64,000 nt of DNA from Thermodesulfobacteriota bacterium. Its GTDB lineage: Bacteria; Desulfobacterota_D; UBA1144; Nemesobacterales; Nemesobacteraceae. The DNA is taken from the NCBI GenBank assembly GCA_965202785.1, contig OZ241855.1, positions 736,001-800,000 on the forward strand, written 5' to 3'. Below the pieces are notes generated by a model. The model was not told the origin of the DNA, did not search any database, and saw only the letters and a program-made list of their open reading frames with translations. Positions 1 to 10,424 of the stretch are shown piece after piece; the first letter of the stretch is position 1, and every line of letters starts with the position of its first letter. A program made the position numbers and the translations under genes.

Positions 1-1304
1 TTTTTCCCGCCGAAGCGGTTCCCTATTTCCGGGAACGATGAAGACGTGTATTTTCTCGAAAGGAACATCGCTATCTGTCTGGGTTCTGAGACTTTTTTCT
101 GCTTCTGGTTGGATTTCAGGTCCTTTACGGTGAGGTCAAAGAAGGAACCTACCTCTTTCTGGATGAGATCTATGGTTATTATCTTGGGGGTCTCTTTTTT
201 CACCAGGTTGCTGAGAAGCTGTTTTGCCAGTTCTAGGGTTATCCTCTCTCTGAACATCTTGGAGTAGGCAAACAGCTTGTTCACCGAGCCTTCAAGTTCC
301 CTTATGTTGGAGAGGACGTTCTGGGCCACGAAGGAGGCCACGTCGGCCGGGATCTCGATTTTCTCCTCCTCGGCCTTTTTCTCTATGATGGCTATCTTGG
401 TTTCCACTTCCGGTGGCTGTATGTCGGCTGTCAGTCCCCACTCGAACCTGGATTTCAGGCGCTCCTCGAAATTCTTCATCACGCTCGGAGGCTTGTCGCT
501 TGTTATAACTATCTGCTTCTTCGCGGTGTAGAGGGAATTGAACGTGTGGAAGAACTCTTCCTGTGTGCTGTCTTTGCCGGCGATGAACTGTATGTCGTCT
601 ATTAGCAGGACGTCGCAGTTCAGCCTGTACAGGTTCCTGAACTTGTCCATTGAGCCCGTTTTTATGCTTTGCACCACCCCGTTTGTAAAGTGCTCGGCCG
701 AGATGCAGAAGGTATTCAGACGGGTTCCGTTCTTTTTGAGTATGTGGTTCCCTATGGAGTGGAGGAGGTGGGTTTTCCCGAGACCCACTCCGCTGTGTAT
801 GAAAAGCGGGTTGTAGGCCATTCCCGGGTTCTCCGCTATGGCGTATGAGGCTGCGTGGGCGAACTGGTTGCTCGGCCCGACGATAAAGTTGTCAAACGTG
901 TTGGATGAACTGAAAAAGCTCGCTGTCTGGGGGTCGTGTGATTCCGTGCTTCTATGGTTCTCCGGGGCGCTGTTTTTTTTGGTTTCCTTGGACAAGGAAT
1001 TTTCCTCGCCCACGTCTATGATTACTTCAAAACCGTCTTTTCCGTAGAGATTGCGCGCAGTGTCGTTTATCAGTTGCAGGTAGTGGTTTTTCACCCACAG
1101 GGCCTGGAAGTGGGTTTTCGCTTCAAGCGTGACGATTTTTCCCTCGGTCTTCGCGACTTTTATGGAGAAAAGCCAGGAAGGGGGAAAATAAAGGTCTTGC
1201 TTGACGCCGTCTAGAACTGCATCCCAGTCAAACTCTGTTTTTTGTTCCGATTTGTAGTTTTCAGCAGCTAGGTTGTCGTGCGCAACTTCCTCTGTTTTTT
1301 TCAA
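1..1304 (-). CDS. dnaA: Chromosomal replication initiator DnaA (3' end runs off the window)
   Basis: Not in the ORF track; translated manually. Walker A region YNPLFIHSGVGLGKTHL and domain IV motif SFPEIGNRFGGK at the window edge. TTG start at 1304 preceded by AGGAG. Confidence 0.97.
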   Translation of the reverse strand, partial: MKKTEEVAHDNLAAENYKSEQKTEFDWDAVLDGVKQDLYFPPSWLFSIKVAKTEGKIVTLEAKTHFQALWVKNHYLQLINDTARNLYGKDGFEVIIDVGEENSLSKETKKNSAPENHRSTESHDPQTASFFSSSNTFDNFIVGPSNQFAHAASYAIAENPGMAYNPLFIHSGVGLGKTHLLHSIGNHILKKNGTRLNTFCISAEHFTNGVVQSIKTGSMDKFRNLYRLNCDVLLIDDIQFIAGKDSTQEEFFHTFNSLYTAKKQIVITSDKPPSVMKNFEERLKSRFEWGLTADIQPPEVETKIAIIEKKAEEEKIEIPADVASFVAQNVLSNIRELEGSVNKLFAYSKMFRERITLELAKQLLSNLVKKETPKIITIDLIQKEVGSFFDLTVKDLKSNQKQKKVSEPRQIAMFLSRKYTSSSFPEIGNRFGGK

Positions 1305-1546
1305 CAGCTCTTCTCCTGAAAAGCAAAAAACAACCTTAAAACGGATATTTCAGAAAAAATCCCGACCCACCCTCGGAAAGCGGAAATTAAGTCTAATTGC
1401 ATCGGTTTTTGGTGTCAAGAAAAAACGGTTCTCCGCCCTCCTGAAATCCCCGTTTTCACGCCTGTGGACGGGGAGAAAAAATTTTTCTCGGACGCGGCGG
1501 CTCAATTGACACGCAACTGCCTTTACAATACAATTTCTAACTGCAA

Positions 1547-2524
1547 ATGGGTGAAGAAGACGCCTTGAGATTTTTGGCCGACAGGTTCAAGGCTACTCAA
1601 AAAGAAGTTTTGACGGGGATAGGGGACGATTCCGCTGTTGTAAAAATCAGAGACAAAGCATGCCTTGTCGTCTCGACAGACACTCTGGTCGAAGGCGTTC
1701 ACTTCCGCCTGGGAACCCAGACCCCGAGGCAGCTCGGCAGGAAGGCGGTCTGCGTCGCCGTAAGCGACATAGGGGCAATGGGGGCGGTGCCGAGGTACCT
1801 TCTCTGCTCCCTCGGCTGTCGGAGCGAGGACTCAATGGAGTTCATAGAGGATCTCTCGGAAGGAATCGGAGAGGGTTGCCGGGAGTTTGATGTTTGCCTT
1901 ATAGGGGGGAATCTCTCGGAATCCCAGACCGTTTTCATAAATATGACGGCGCTTGGGGAGGTGTCGGGGGATGATATCGTGCTTCGCTCGGGCGCTTCTG
2001 AAGGAGACGACATATATGTGACCGGAACCCTGGGGGATTCCGCCTTGGGCCTGAGGGTCCTGTCGGGTGATTGCGGGATTGACGGATGCGAGGACGCTGT
2101 TTCAAGACACATCGGGCCCACGCCGCGTCTCCAGATTGGCAAGATGGTCGCAGAACGCGGGATAGCCTCTTCGATGATAGACATAAGCGACGGGCTTTTC
2201 TGCGACCTTGAGAAGCTGACTTCCGAGCACGGACTGGGGGCCGATGTAAGCCTCGGGAATCTTCCGCTTTCCCCCGGTTTTCTTTCCCTCTGCGGCAGGT
2301 TCTCAGAGGACGGCTACCGCCTCGCGCTCTCCGGGGGGGAGGACTACGAGCTTCTTTTCACCTCTTCTGCGCGGAACCGCGCCTCGATAGAGGAGGTTTC
2401 ACGCCTCTGCGGGATTGCTATCTCGAAAATCGGTTCTGTTACCGCCGGGCGGAAAATAAGGTTTTTTGACGAGGAAGGAAAGGAAGTTTTTTACGATATC
2501 GCTGGGTTTGAGCACTTCTGCTGA
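1547..2524 (+). CDS. thiL: Thiamine-monophosphate kinase
   Basis: GIGDDSAV, DTLVEGVHF, SDIGAMG, IDISDGL and GGEDYELLF motifs. Confidence 0.95.
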   Translation: MGEEDALRFLADRFKATQKEVLTGIGDDSAVVKIRDKACLVVSTDTLVEGVHFRLGTQTPRQLGRKAVCVAVSDIGAMGAVPRYLLCSLGCRSEDSMEFIEDLSEGIGEGCREFDVCLIGGNLSESQTVFINMTALGEVSGDDIVLRSGASEGDDIYVTGTLGDSALGLRVLSGDCGIDGCEDAVSRHIGPTPRLQIGKMVAERGIASSMIDISDGLFCDLEKLTSEHGLGADVSLGNLPLSPGFLSLCGRFSEDGYRLALSGGEDYELLFTSSARNRASIEEVSRLCGIAISKIGSVTAGRKIRFFDEEGKEVFYDIAGFEHFC

Positions 2525-2547
2525 TTCACCCACGGGGGTAATATTTT

Positions 2548-3888
2548 TTGGGCGAAAATTTCATTCTGATTCTTTTGTTGCTGTGCTGCTCTGCGTTTTT
2601 CTGCTTCAGCGAGGGGGCGCTTTTCTCCCTCAGCCGTCCGCAGAGGGAAAGCATATCGAAGCAGGGAGGCAGGGTTTCTGCGGCCATAGAAAAGCTCCTT
2701 GCCAATTCCCACAAGCTCATCTCCACGGTTCTTCTTGCCGACGAGATATTCAACATAGCCTACTCAAGCGTAATAGGTCTTACGGCGAGAAAATATCTCC
2801 AGGATAGCCCCGAGCAGACAGTAGCCCTCGTATCCCTGGCCATAGCCTCTCCCACGCTCCTTGTGTTCGGTGAGATCGTTCCCAAGACCGCCGGGGTGAA
2901 ATTCCCGAGGACAATCTCCAAGGCGGTCGCTCTTCCCCTTTATTTCTTCCACGTCGCGGTCACCCCGATCAGGTGGGCGATACTGTTTGTCTCCGGTTTT
3001 TTCATAAGGGCCTTCGGGGCGGACCTGGGACACCGCGCGCAGGGAAACGACATTTCCTCTGACGAGCTTGAGATCCTGGTGGGGATGGGGAGGGACGAGG
3101 GAGTGCTCAACGAGGTGGAAAAATACCTTGCCGACGGCTTTTTCAGGCTTGAGGATCTGCCTGCCCACAGGATAATGACTCCCGCTATAGACTGCTTCAC
3201 GCTTCCCCACGATATTGAGGTGAGAGACGCCGTCGGCCGGGTCCGCCAGATGGGTCGCTCCCGGATCCCGGTTTACGAGGAGGAGAAGGACAACATAGCG
3301 GGCGTTCTCTACGGCAAGGATCTTCTGAAGTGGAATTTTACCGAGCACAACCTTGCGGCCACCGTGAGCGAGTGCCTCAGGAAGCCGTATTTCATCCCCC
3401 GCTCCAAGCCCGCGGTGGCGCTTCTGCGGGAGTTCCAGATGCGCAGGATTCACATAGCGATAGTGGTCGACGAGTATGGAAGATTCGACGGGCTGGTGAC
3501 CATGGAAGACATACTGGAGGAGCTTTTCGGGGAGATAGAGGATGAAAGGTCGGTGCCCAGCAGGATTACGCCCGCGGTCCGCGGGGGAGCAATCACGATT
3601 CCCGGGGGAATGAAGATAGAGGAATTCAACGACGACTATCTTTTCTCGGTCGCGCGCTCTGCGGGGCTTGAGAACCTGGGGGACATACTGGAGGAGGCCG
3701 TGATCCCGCTTCGGATGGAAAACGAGACTATGGGCGGTTTTGTGTTCGATCTTTTCGGGAGGCTGCCCGCCGAGGGGGAGAAAATAGGGTTCGGGGGGCT
3801 GGTTTTCACGGTAAAGGGAAGGGAAGGGAAAAGGATTTCTGAGATAAGGGTTGACGTTAATAAGGAGGCGCGCGGCGATGTCCATTGA
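2548..3888 (+). CDS. CNNM (DUF21) + CBS + CorC/HlyC domain membrane protein
   Basis: N-terminal TM helices with FGEIVPK; CBS motifs RSRIPVY and AIVVDEYG..TMEDILEELFGEI; C-terminal ETMGGF. Confidence 0.9.
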   Translation: MGENFILILLLLCCSAFFCFSEGALFSLSRPQRESISKQGGRVSAAIEKLLANSHKLISTVLLADEIFNIAYSSVIGLTARKYLQDSPEQTVALVSLAIASPTLLVFGEIVPKTAGVKFPRTISKAVALPLYFFHVAVTPIRWAILFVSGFFIRAFGADLGHRAQGNDISSDELEILVGMGRDEGVLNEVEKYLADGFFRLEDLPAHRIMTPAIDCFTLPHDIEVRDAVGRVRQMGRSRIPVYEEEKDNIAGVLYGKDLLKWNFTEHNLAATVSECLRKPYFIPRSKPAVALLREFQMRRIHIAIVVDEYGRFDGLVTMEDILEELFGEIEDERSVPSRITPAVRGGAITIPGGMKIEEFNDDYLFSVARSAGLENLGDILEEAVIPLRMENETMGGFVFDLFGRLPAEGEKIGFGGLVFTVKGREGKRISEIRVDVNKEARGDVH

Positions 3889-5104
3889 GTTAGTGGTTCT
3901 TCTTATTTTGCTGTTTCTGATTCTGCAGGCATTTTTCGCCGGTTCGGAAATAGCCCTCATCTCCTGCGACAAAATAAAGATGAGATCCCTTGCCGAGGAA
4001 GGCTCCGCCGCCGCGGGGCTGGTTCTTGACGCCTACTCGAAGATCGAAAGCTTCATCGGCACCACCCTTATAGGGGTTAACCTTTCGCTCATAATAAACA
4101 CCTTGGTGCTCACCTTTTATTTCGAGGAGAGCTTCGGGCAGCGAAGCGGTCTCTACACGGTGGCCGTGCTCTCCCCGCTCATCGTCGTTTTCGGCCAGGT
4201 GGTTCCCAAGGCGGTGTTCGAGAGCAAGCGAAACTCCATAGTGCTCTGGATCATCTACCCGCTCTGGGTTTTCTCCAAGCTTTTTTACCCGGTGCTTTTC
4301 TTCGTCAATCTCTTTACCCGGGGCATCTTGAGCCGCCCGGGTAAAAATATGAGCTCCATAACCCGTGAGGAGCTTGAGGACGTGATGGAGGAAGACGAGG
4401 ACAAGCCGAGCTCGGACTACAAAAGAAGGGTTCTTCGCAGGATTTTCGGCTACTCCGAGACCACGGTCGGGGAGATAATGATCCCGCTTGTCAAGGTGGA
4501 CGCGCTTGAAAGAAGGTCCACGCTTCGCGACGTCAGGGGGCTCATAGCGGAAAAAAGCCATTCGAGAATTCCGATTTTCAGTGACCGGGTCGACAACATA
4601 ACCGGCATACTCAACTCGTTTTACGTTCTCGGTGAGCAGGACCTTGACAAGAGCGTGGAGCAATATGCCCTTCCTCCCTTCTATGTTCCGGAGTCAAAGC
4701 TTGTGAACGAACTTATGGACGAGATGAAGGGAGGGCGCGCCGGAATGGCCGTTGTGGTTGACGAGTACGGGGGGTCGGTCGGAATCATAACCCTCGAAGA
4801 CATAATTGAAGAGGTGGTGGGGGAGATAGAGGATGAGTACGACACCGGCGAGACCCCATGGAGAAGGCTCGGTGCCGGGCAGTATCTCATAGACCCCACA
4901 GTCGAAATAGGGCGGCTTAACGACGGCCTCGGGCTTGCCATTCCGGAGGGCGAGGATTACGAGACGCTGGCAGGATTCCTTCTTTACACACACGGCTCGA
5001 TTCCCGACCCTGGAACCGTGATAGTTTTCGAAAGAAAAACTTTCACAGTGGTCTCTTCGACCCCGAGGATGATAAGCGAGGTTCACCTGCGGACGGGGAA
5101 ATAA
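3878..5104 (+). CDS. Second CNNM/CBS/CorC-family protein (tandem paralog)
   Basis: FFAGSEIAL, FGQVVPK, HSRIPIF, VVDEYGG..TLEDIIEEVVGEIEDEYD, YETLAGF. ATG at 3878 follows AAGGAGG. Confidence 0.9.
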   Translation: MSIELVVLLILLFLILQAFFAGSEIALISCDKIKMRSLAEEGSAAAGLVLDAYSKIESFIGTTLIGVNLSLIINTLVLTFYFEESFGQRSGLYTVAVLSPLIVVFGQVVPKAVFESKRNSIVLWIIYPLWVFSKLFYPVLFFVNLFTRGILSRPGKNMSSITREELEDVMEEDEDKPSSDYKRRVLRRIFGYSETTVGEIMIPLVKVDALERRSTLRDVRGLIAEKSHSRIPIFSDRVDNITGILNSFYVLGEQDLDKSVEQYALPPFYVPESKLVNELMDEMKGGRAGMAVVVDEYGGSVGIITLEDIIEEVVGEIEDEYDTGETPWRRLGAGQYLIDPTVEIGRLNDGLGLAIPEGEDYETLAGFLLYTHGSIPDPGTVIVFERKTFTVVSSTPRMISEVHLRTGK

Positions 5105-5129
5105 CTTCCTTTGCAGGCTTCGTTATAGG

Positions 5130-5729
5130 TTAGTGGAGGGGCTGCTCCCGCAGAAGTTCCCTTGCTATCAGTTTTCTGTATGATTCAAGCGGCTGGACCC
5201 CGTGTATCCTGAGTTCTCCAAGGTAAAGGGTAGGGACGCCGAGGACTATGTTTTCCCGGGCGCTTTCCATGTTCTTTTCTATTTTCTCTGAAAAGTTTCT
5301 TTTCCGAAGAGATTCCGAGAGTTCCTCGGGACAAAGACCCGACTTCTCGCCCGCCTCTAAAACGGTTTCGAGAAGACCTATGTTCTTTCCCTCCCTGAAA
5401 TAGGCCACGTAGCAGGCCTTGTGAAACTCCATGAACCTGTTTTTCTCCTTCGCAAACTCCGCCCCCTCAAGGCAGAGCCTCGAATTGGTTACGAATCCCG
5501 GGAGCTTTATCTCCACTCCGGCCTCGGCGGCCACGTTCTCAAGGGTTTCCGAGATACGGATGGTTCTCTCCGTTTTTTTCCGTTTTTTCCCCTCGGCCGG
5601 GTATTCGGGGTGAATCTCAACGCCGAGCCACTCCGCTTCGAGACTGAACTCCCTTGCGAGATCAAGCACCCTCTCGGTTGCCAGAAAGCAGAAAGGGCAA
5701 ATGTAGTCGTAGTAGAGAAAGATCTTCAC
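5130..5729 (-). CDS. DsbA/FrnE-family thiol oxidoreductase
   Basis: YDYICPFC active site and GVPT cis-Pro loop. GTG at 5729 chosen over the longer ORF start at 5843. Confidence 0.85.
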   Translation of the reverse strand: MKIFLYYDYICPFCFLATERVLDLAREFSLEAEWLGVEIHPEYPAEGKKRKKTERTIRISETLENVAAEAGVEIKLPGFVTNSRLCLEGAEFAKEKNRFMEFHKACYVAYFREGKNIGLLETVLEAGEKSGLCPEELSESLRKRNFSEKIEKNMESARENIVLGVPTLYLGELRIHGVQPLESYRKLIARELLREQPLH

Positions 5730-5883
5730 GTTCCTGTAAGAATACACGAGTGCGATTCTTTCGGAAAGAAAAGGTTTCTGTATAGGGTCAGGTCTTTCTA
5801 CCCCCAGCAGTTCGTTTCGCGCGGAACCGGTCATATTGCGCATGCAGCCCGGTTTTCACTCTGGAGAAAAGCAGTTGCGCGCA

Positions 5884-8427
5884 TCAGATCTCGAACTTTG
5901 CGGTCATAAACAACGTGCGTCCTAGGATCGAATCCAGATACAATATGTGATCCTCATCGGAATCAGGGCGGGACTGACCCTCGTTGCCGATATTCAGAAC
6001 GCCTCCCGTGAGTTCGAACCAGTTAAGGCCAAAAGCGTTTCTCCAGCTAAGTGCGATATCGTGCCCTATCCACCTTCTGAAGGTTTTGGTGTCAGTTTCA
6101 TTCCGGAAAGACGTAACTGCGTGCATGTTCCACTGCGCTGTCAGATCGTTTCGGTCTGCCCGGAGCAGAACATGAATACGGTTGCGCGGAATATCTCCGG
6201 GCTGTGTCTCTGCTCCTACGCGTCTGCCGTAATTCGTTATCCTGATCCAGTTGGCATTGAGCATGAAATTCGCTAGGTCGGTTTTCAGGTCGCTGCCGAG
6301 CCGAGCCGTAAACCCGTCCATGTCAGTCTCTCCGCTGTTGGTCAGCGGGTTGCGGATTTCTGTTAATCGACCGTCGGAACGCATCACGCTCAGTCCCGGA
6401 TACTCGCTAAGCCTCCCGCTTCTCTCTAGGCCGACGACGAACTGCGTGTTCAAAGTGGCCGGTGTTTCCTGAAGACGAAGGCGGAACCAGTCGAAGTCGG
6501 CTGAGAACGGACCCCAGCCTGCAGAGACACCGGCGCCGAAGCTTTCCGACTCGTCCGGTTCCAGTTCCGGGTTACCGTCTGTGACCACCCGCACTTGCTC
6601 TCTGGAACAATCGGGAGTCGGTGTGTCGGCGTCGCATACATACGGATAATAGACAAATTCCTCTGCATGTAGGGCTGCAAGTCCGGGCGCGCGCGCTCCC
6701 CCGCTCCATGATGCGCGCAGCGCAATATTGGGTATTACGCGGTAAAGCGTCGCTATCCTGTGTGAAAACGCTCCCCCGACATCGTCAAAATCATCGTGGC
6801 GGACGGCGAACGACACGTCCACCGCATCCCCCAAAGGCACCAGAATATCGCCGAAAGCTGAGAGGCGCCTCCGGTCACCCATCAACGACAACGAAGATCC
6901 CCCCAACACATCCTCCGCGTTAACCGGCTCACCGCGAAGATTAAAATATTCTCTGGAATTGCTTGTCTCTACTTTAGCGACCTGCAGACCGGCGCTCCAG
7001 CGAAGCTTGTTGCCCATGAACTCAAGCAGCGGGCCGTCAAGCGTCACCCCCGCCTCAAGGTGGTCATCTTTGTATTTAGACTTGCTCCGCACGCTGCTCT
7101 CGCTGATTGCTGCCTTATGCTCTTCGGCTTCGGAAAGCGGATTCTGGATGTCGTAATCTCCGCTTTCAATAGCGGCGTTTATTGCGGGTTCATTAATGAA
7201 TGTGTGGCCATCTACTCCATAGTCGTAGCGATTGTAGTGAACATAGCCGTCATATCTTATGTTGTCCTTAATGTCCCCTCGCAGCCCAAGCGTAATATCA
7301 TAATCTTTAAGGTCCGAAACCCATAGGCGGTTGCCGTGCCCCAAGAAACGGTGGCCTACCGTGATACTTTCGGGGAAATTGCTCTCGTCAAGACCCTCAA
7401 AATTTCCACTTTCAATGAGGCTGTTTCTCAGCATTTCGTCCGGCGCAAGGGAGAAAACATTTGGATCCGGCGCATACAGGAGTCTTAATTCTTCCTTGGT
7501 TACGCGTCCCTCAATATATATATCAGCCGCATCGCCTACCGGATAATTGAAATTCATAAACGCGCTGTCATTCTGCCGACGTAGCATGTGCCAGGCGATG
7601 TCCGCATAGGCAAACCCGCAGACGGTGCCGAAAAATCCGCCCGGGGGATCCGTGAGTTCTCCCGTATACACGCTTTCATCGCAGTCGCCTAGCGGCCCCG
7701 AGACCCGTCCTCCGTCGTCTTTTACTAGGAAAACCGTGTTGCCGAGAGACGACACTCCTTCGGTGTCGGCGAAGGAACTTCCGGCTTGATATCTGGCACG
7801 GCTGTAATCTCGGTCGACGTCGCGTACCTCGTCCCGCCGGAAGATATCCGCCCCGACAGTAAGATTTCCCTCCCCGACGCTTGTGCCCCAGAGAACGCTT
7901 AAGTGTTCGGAATCGCCGCCCTCACCGCGGGGGCGCCCGGCATTTAGCTGGATATCAAGGCCTTCATAGTTTTTCTTGAGAACAATATTTATGGTGCCGC
8001 CGATCGCTTTCCCGCCATGCAGAGCACTCGTGCTGTCACTGAAGATTTCAATGCGTTCGACAGCCGCGACCGGAATGGAGTCCGTGTCAACCCCTAAGTC
8101 TGAGACCCGCCGCCCGTTAATCAGGATCAGGGTACGGCCTACTCCAAGAACGAGCGGCCTTTCGAGGCCGAAATTGTTAAAAGCCGACCGACCCAACAGG
8201 TCAGTTATCCTTTTTACGCCTGAGAGCTCAATGTCCCGCCGGGTGATAACTTTCACGTGGTGCAGGCTGCCGGATATCGCTTCGGAATACGGCCGGTTAC
8301 CGACAGGGCTCTCTTCCTTTGCGCTTGCATCCCAGGCCATGGAGTGGCCCGTCGCCAGGACAAGCAGTGCGAGAATAATATTCCAGGGTGCAACTTGGTT
8401 GATTGCCTCATAAAATTTACGAATCAT
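5884..8427 (-). CDS. TonB-dependent outer-membrane receptor
   Basis: Plug motifs RTLILINGRR and IPVAAVERIEI..GGTINIVLKK; barrel motifs GNPELEPDES and VLNIGN; C-terminal GRTLFMTAKFEI. Confidence 0.92.
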   Translation of the reverse strand: MIRKFYEAINQVAPWNIILALLVLATGHSMAWDASAKEESPVGNRPYSEAISGSLHHVKVITRRDIELSGVKRITDLLGRSAFNNFGLERPLVLGVGRTLILINGRRVSDLGVDTDSIPVAAVERIEIFSDSTSALHGGKAIGGTINIVLKKNYEGLDIQLNAGRPRGEGGDSEHLSVLWGTSVGEGNLTVGADIFRRDEVRDVDRDYSRARYQAGSSFADTEGVSSLGNTVFLVKDDGGRVSGPLGDCDESVYTGELTDPPGGFFGTVCGFAYADIAWHMLRRQNDSAFMNFNYPVGDAADIYIEGRVTKEELRLLYAPDPNVFSLAPDEMLRNSLIESGNFEGLDESNFPESITVGHRFLGHGNRLWVSDLKDYDITLGLRGDIKDNIRYDGYVHYNRYDYGVDGHTFINEPAINAAIESGDYDIQNPLSEAEEHKAAISESSVRSKSKYKDDHLEAGVTLDGPLLEFMGNKLRWSAGLQVAKVETSNSREYFNLRGEPVNAEDVLGGSSLSLMGDRRRLSAFGDILVPLGDAVDVSFAVRHDDFDDVGGAFSHRIATLYRVIPNIALRASWSGGARAPGLAALHAEEFVYYPYVCDADTPTPDCSREQVRVVTDGNPELEPDESESFGAGVSAGWGPFSADFDWFRLRLQETPATLNTQFVVGLERSGRLSEYPGLSVMRSDGRLTEIRNPLTNSGETDMDGFTARLGSDLKTDLANFMLNANWIRITNYGRRVGAETQPGDIPRNRIHVLLRADRNDLTAQWNMHAVTSFRNETDTKTFRRWIGHDIALSWRNAFGLNWFELTGGVLNIGNEGQSRPDSDEDHILYLDSILGRTLFMTAKFEI

Positions 8428-8720
8428 TTTTTGTTACTCCTTTTTGCCGTTTGAACTTCTGGAACCCCTCCGTAACAGGGTTTCTGTACCCTTGATCAGG
8501 CATGTAAACACCCGCTCCGCTCAAATCGTCGCAAAAAACGGACTTTGTAAAACCCCGGCATTCACGAATCTAATCGAGCAGGAATCCGAATTATAAAAGT
8601 TATTTTATCCCAATTTCGTTTTTAACACCAACTAGGTATTATCACTTCGATAAAGAATTAAAATTTGCAGTTAAGCTCGAACTTGTATTTTGATCGTCAA
8701 AAAGGGAGGGATTTTAAGTC

Positions 8721-10181
8721 ATGAAAAAAGTCGCGGCACTCACTCTATTTTTCCTCTGTGTGTTCATATTAGTTTTTTCCGCTGCCCCGCCCGCTTTTGC
8801 GCATGAGATGCATAGAACAACTGCTAAACAAGCAAGTGATGCGAATATGGGGAGCGATGATCAGGAAGCCGAGAGGGCGGTGAAGGATTTCGTACTGCAC
8901 GTAAAAGAACACCGGGCGCGGGTCATGAGCGAAGACGCTCAAAGAGAATTCCGCAATGCCTTGAGAAGCAGCAACGGGGTGTGGAGACAGGGCGACATGT
9001 ACGTAATTACCGTTAACAAAGCAGGCAGCGGGGAACAAACCGGTACTTCTGTTCAATCAGGCGATATCGTGTTTTTTCATGGGAAATATCCTTCCTCCGG
9101 AAGCGGATCTTTAAGACACATCCCGATTTTCCGGAACCTGATCGACATGGTGGAGAGAGCGGGTGGAGAAGCGGTCTGCGTTCAGGACCGGACAAGGCAA
9201 TACGGCAACCATATCTGCGCCGTCGAGGATTCCCAGACGATCGGATCTGGAGCCCGGAATTCTTTTATACAGATTGCCGGTTTTAATCATGAGCGGGGTA
9301 ACGTGGATTTTTCCAAGGTCGAGTGTCCTGATTTCAGCGACGGATACTTTGGCCAACTTATAACAAACCCCGATGGAGAACAGTTCACGCGCACAAGGGC
9401 TGATATGGTCCGTGACGATGCGAGTCTTGAGAGTTACGTGAAAACGGTAAACGAGCACATTGCCAGCGAGCTTAATGACGCGCAGGGAAGACCTCCGCTG
9501 GAGAGAATGATTGAGCTTATGCCCTGCTGGAGGGATGAAAATGGGCCCTGGAAATCGGGTTCCATATATTTCTTTATATTCACTTATACGGATAAGCGGT
9601 TTGCGATTTTTAACGGAAACAACCCGGGGTCTCAGGATACGGCATTCCATGTCATAGACGATAACGGTCTCAACATTGCCCGGGCCATGCTGCAAGAGCT
9701 GCACAAACAGGATGATACCCCGGGCGAGGGTTTTCTCACTTACCTTTGGGACGATCCGACTGTCGACGGTGACGAGGTGCTCTGCAGGGAGACGGGATTT
9801 GTTTCTGTTGCGTCCCCCTTGGAGGATGAAGGTGAGGGTGAAGATGAAGAGACGTTTTTCTGCGACGAGGGAGCACCTATCCCCGGTAGGGCCCCCGGCA
9901 CCTCGGTTAAGCGCGGGTACTTCATGCTGACAGGCTTCGGCATAGAAGGAGATACCGACTATATCCTCGGTTCCGGCATTTATCCGAAGCCCCAGAGGGG
10001 CGGGGGTGGAGCTGGAGGATGCGCGATTGCTTCGGGGAGCGGGAACGAGCTTGAAGTTTCGGCCTTTAATCTGTTTTTGATCGCCGTAGCGTTGTTTCTG
10101 GCGACCTCGGGGAGGAGTCGCTTGGACGAAAAGCTTCTGACCAGGGGTCTGCGGGTGCGGCGAAAAGACAGGTGCCGGTAA
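8721..10181 (+). CDS. Exported Cache-like-domain protein with C-terminal Gly-rich Cys/TM/basic anchor
   Basis: Signal peptide ending AFA; two W-x-x-G-x-x-Y motifs (WRQGDMYV, WKSGSIYF); GFLTYLWDDP and LGSGIY resemble single-Cache domains; tail GGGGAGGCAIA + hydrophobic helix + Arg/Lys. Confidence 0.65.
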   Translation: MKKVAALTLFFLCVFILVFSAAPPAFAHEMHRTTAKQASDANMGSDDQEAERAVKDFVLHVKEHRARVMSEDAQREFRNALRSSNGVWRQGDMYVITVNKAGSGEQTGTSVQSGDIVFFHGKYPSSGSGSLRHIPIFRNLIDMVERAGGEAVCVQDRTRQYGNHICAVEDSQTIGSGARNSFIQIAGFNHERGNVDFSKVECPDFSDGYFGQLITNPDGEQFTRTRADMVRDDASLESYVKTVNEHIASELNDAQGRPPLERMIELMPCWRDENGPWKSGSIYFFIFTYTDKRFAIFNGNNPGSQDTAFHVIDDNGLNIARAMLQELHKQDDTPGEGFLTYLWDDPTVDGDEVLCRETGFVSVASPLEDEGEGEDEETFFCDEGAPIPGRAPGTSVKRGYFMLTGFGIEGDTDYILGSGIYPKPQRGGGGAGGCAIASGSGNELEVSAFNLFLIAVALFLATSGRSRLDEKLLTRGLRVRRKDRCR

Positions 10182-10424
10182 AGATTAAACCTGTCTGAGA
10201 AAGCACGCCGCGGGGGAGCGCGGCAGGAGTCTGTTTTTTGGCGAACAGAACCAAGTGCCGCCTCTTCGATCCCTTCGAAACAGGCGGTTTCTCCTCTTGG
10301 CGAACATGCCTCGGCGCCCGGATAGCGCTGGGGTCGGCACTCTCCACCCGGCTTGATTAAACCCCCCGGATTCAATATAATTTAAACCGCCTTTTTTTTT
10401 CATGTCTTGGTCAGGAGAGACTAG

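Noticed and set aside
1305-1546. oriC upstream of dnaA
   Set aside because: No consensus DnaA box; only one degenerate TGTGGACGG and no clear unwinding element.
8428-8720. Cobalamin riboswitch or Fur box ahead of the TonB-dependent receptor
   Set aside because: No recognisable B12-box or Fur consensus.
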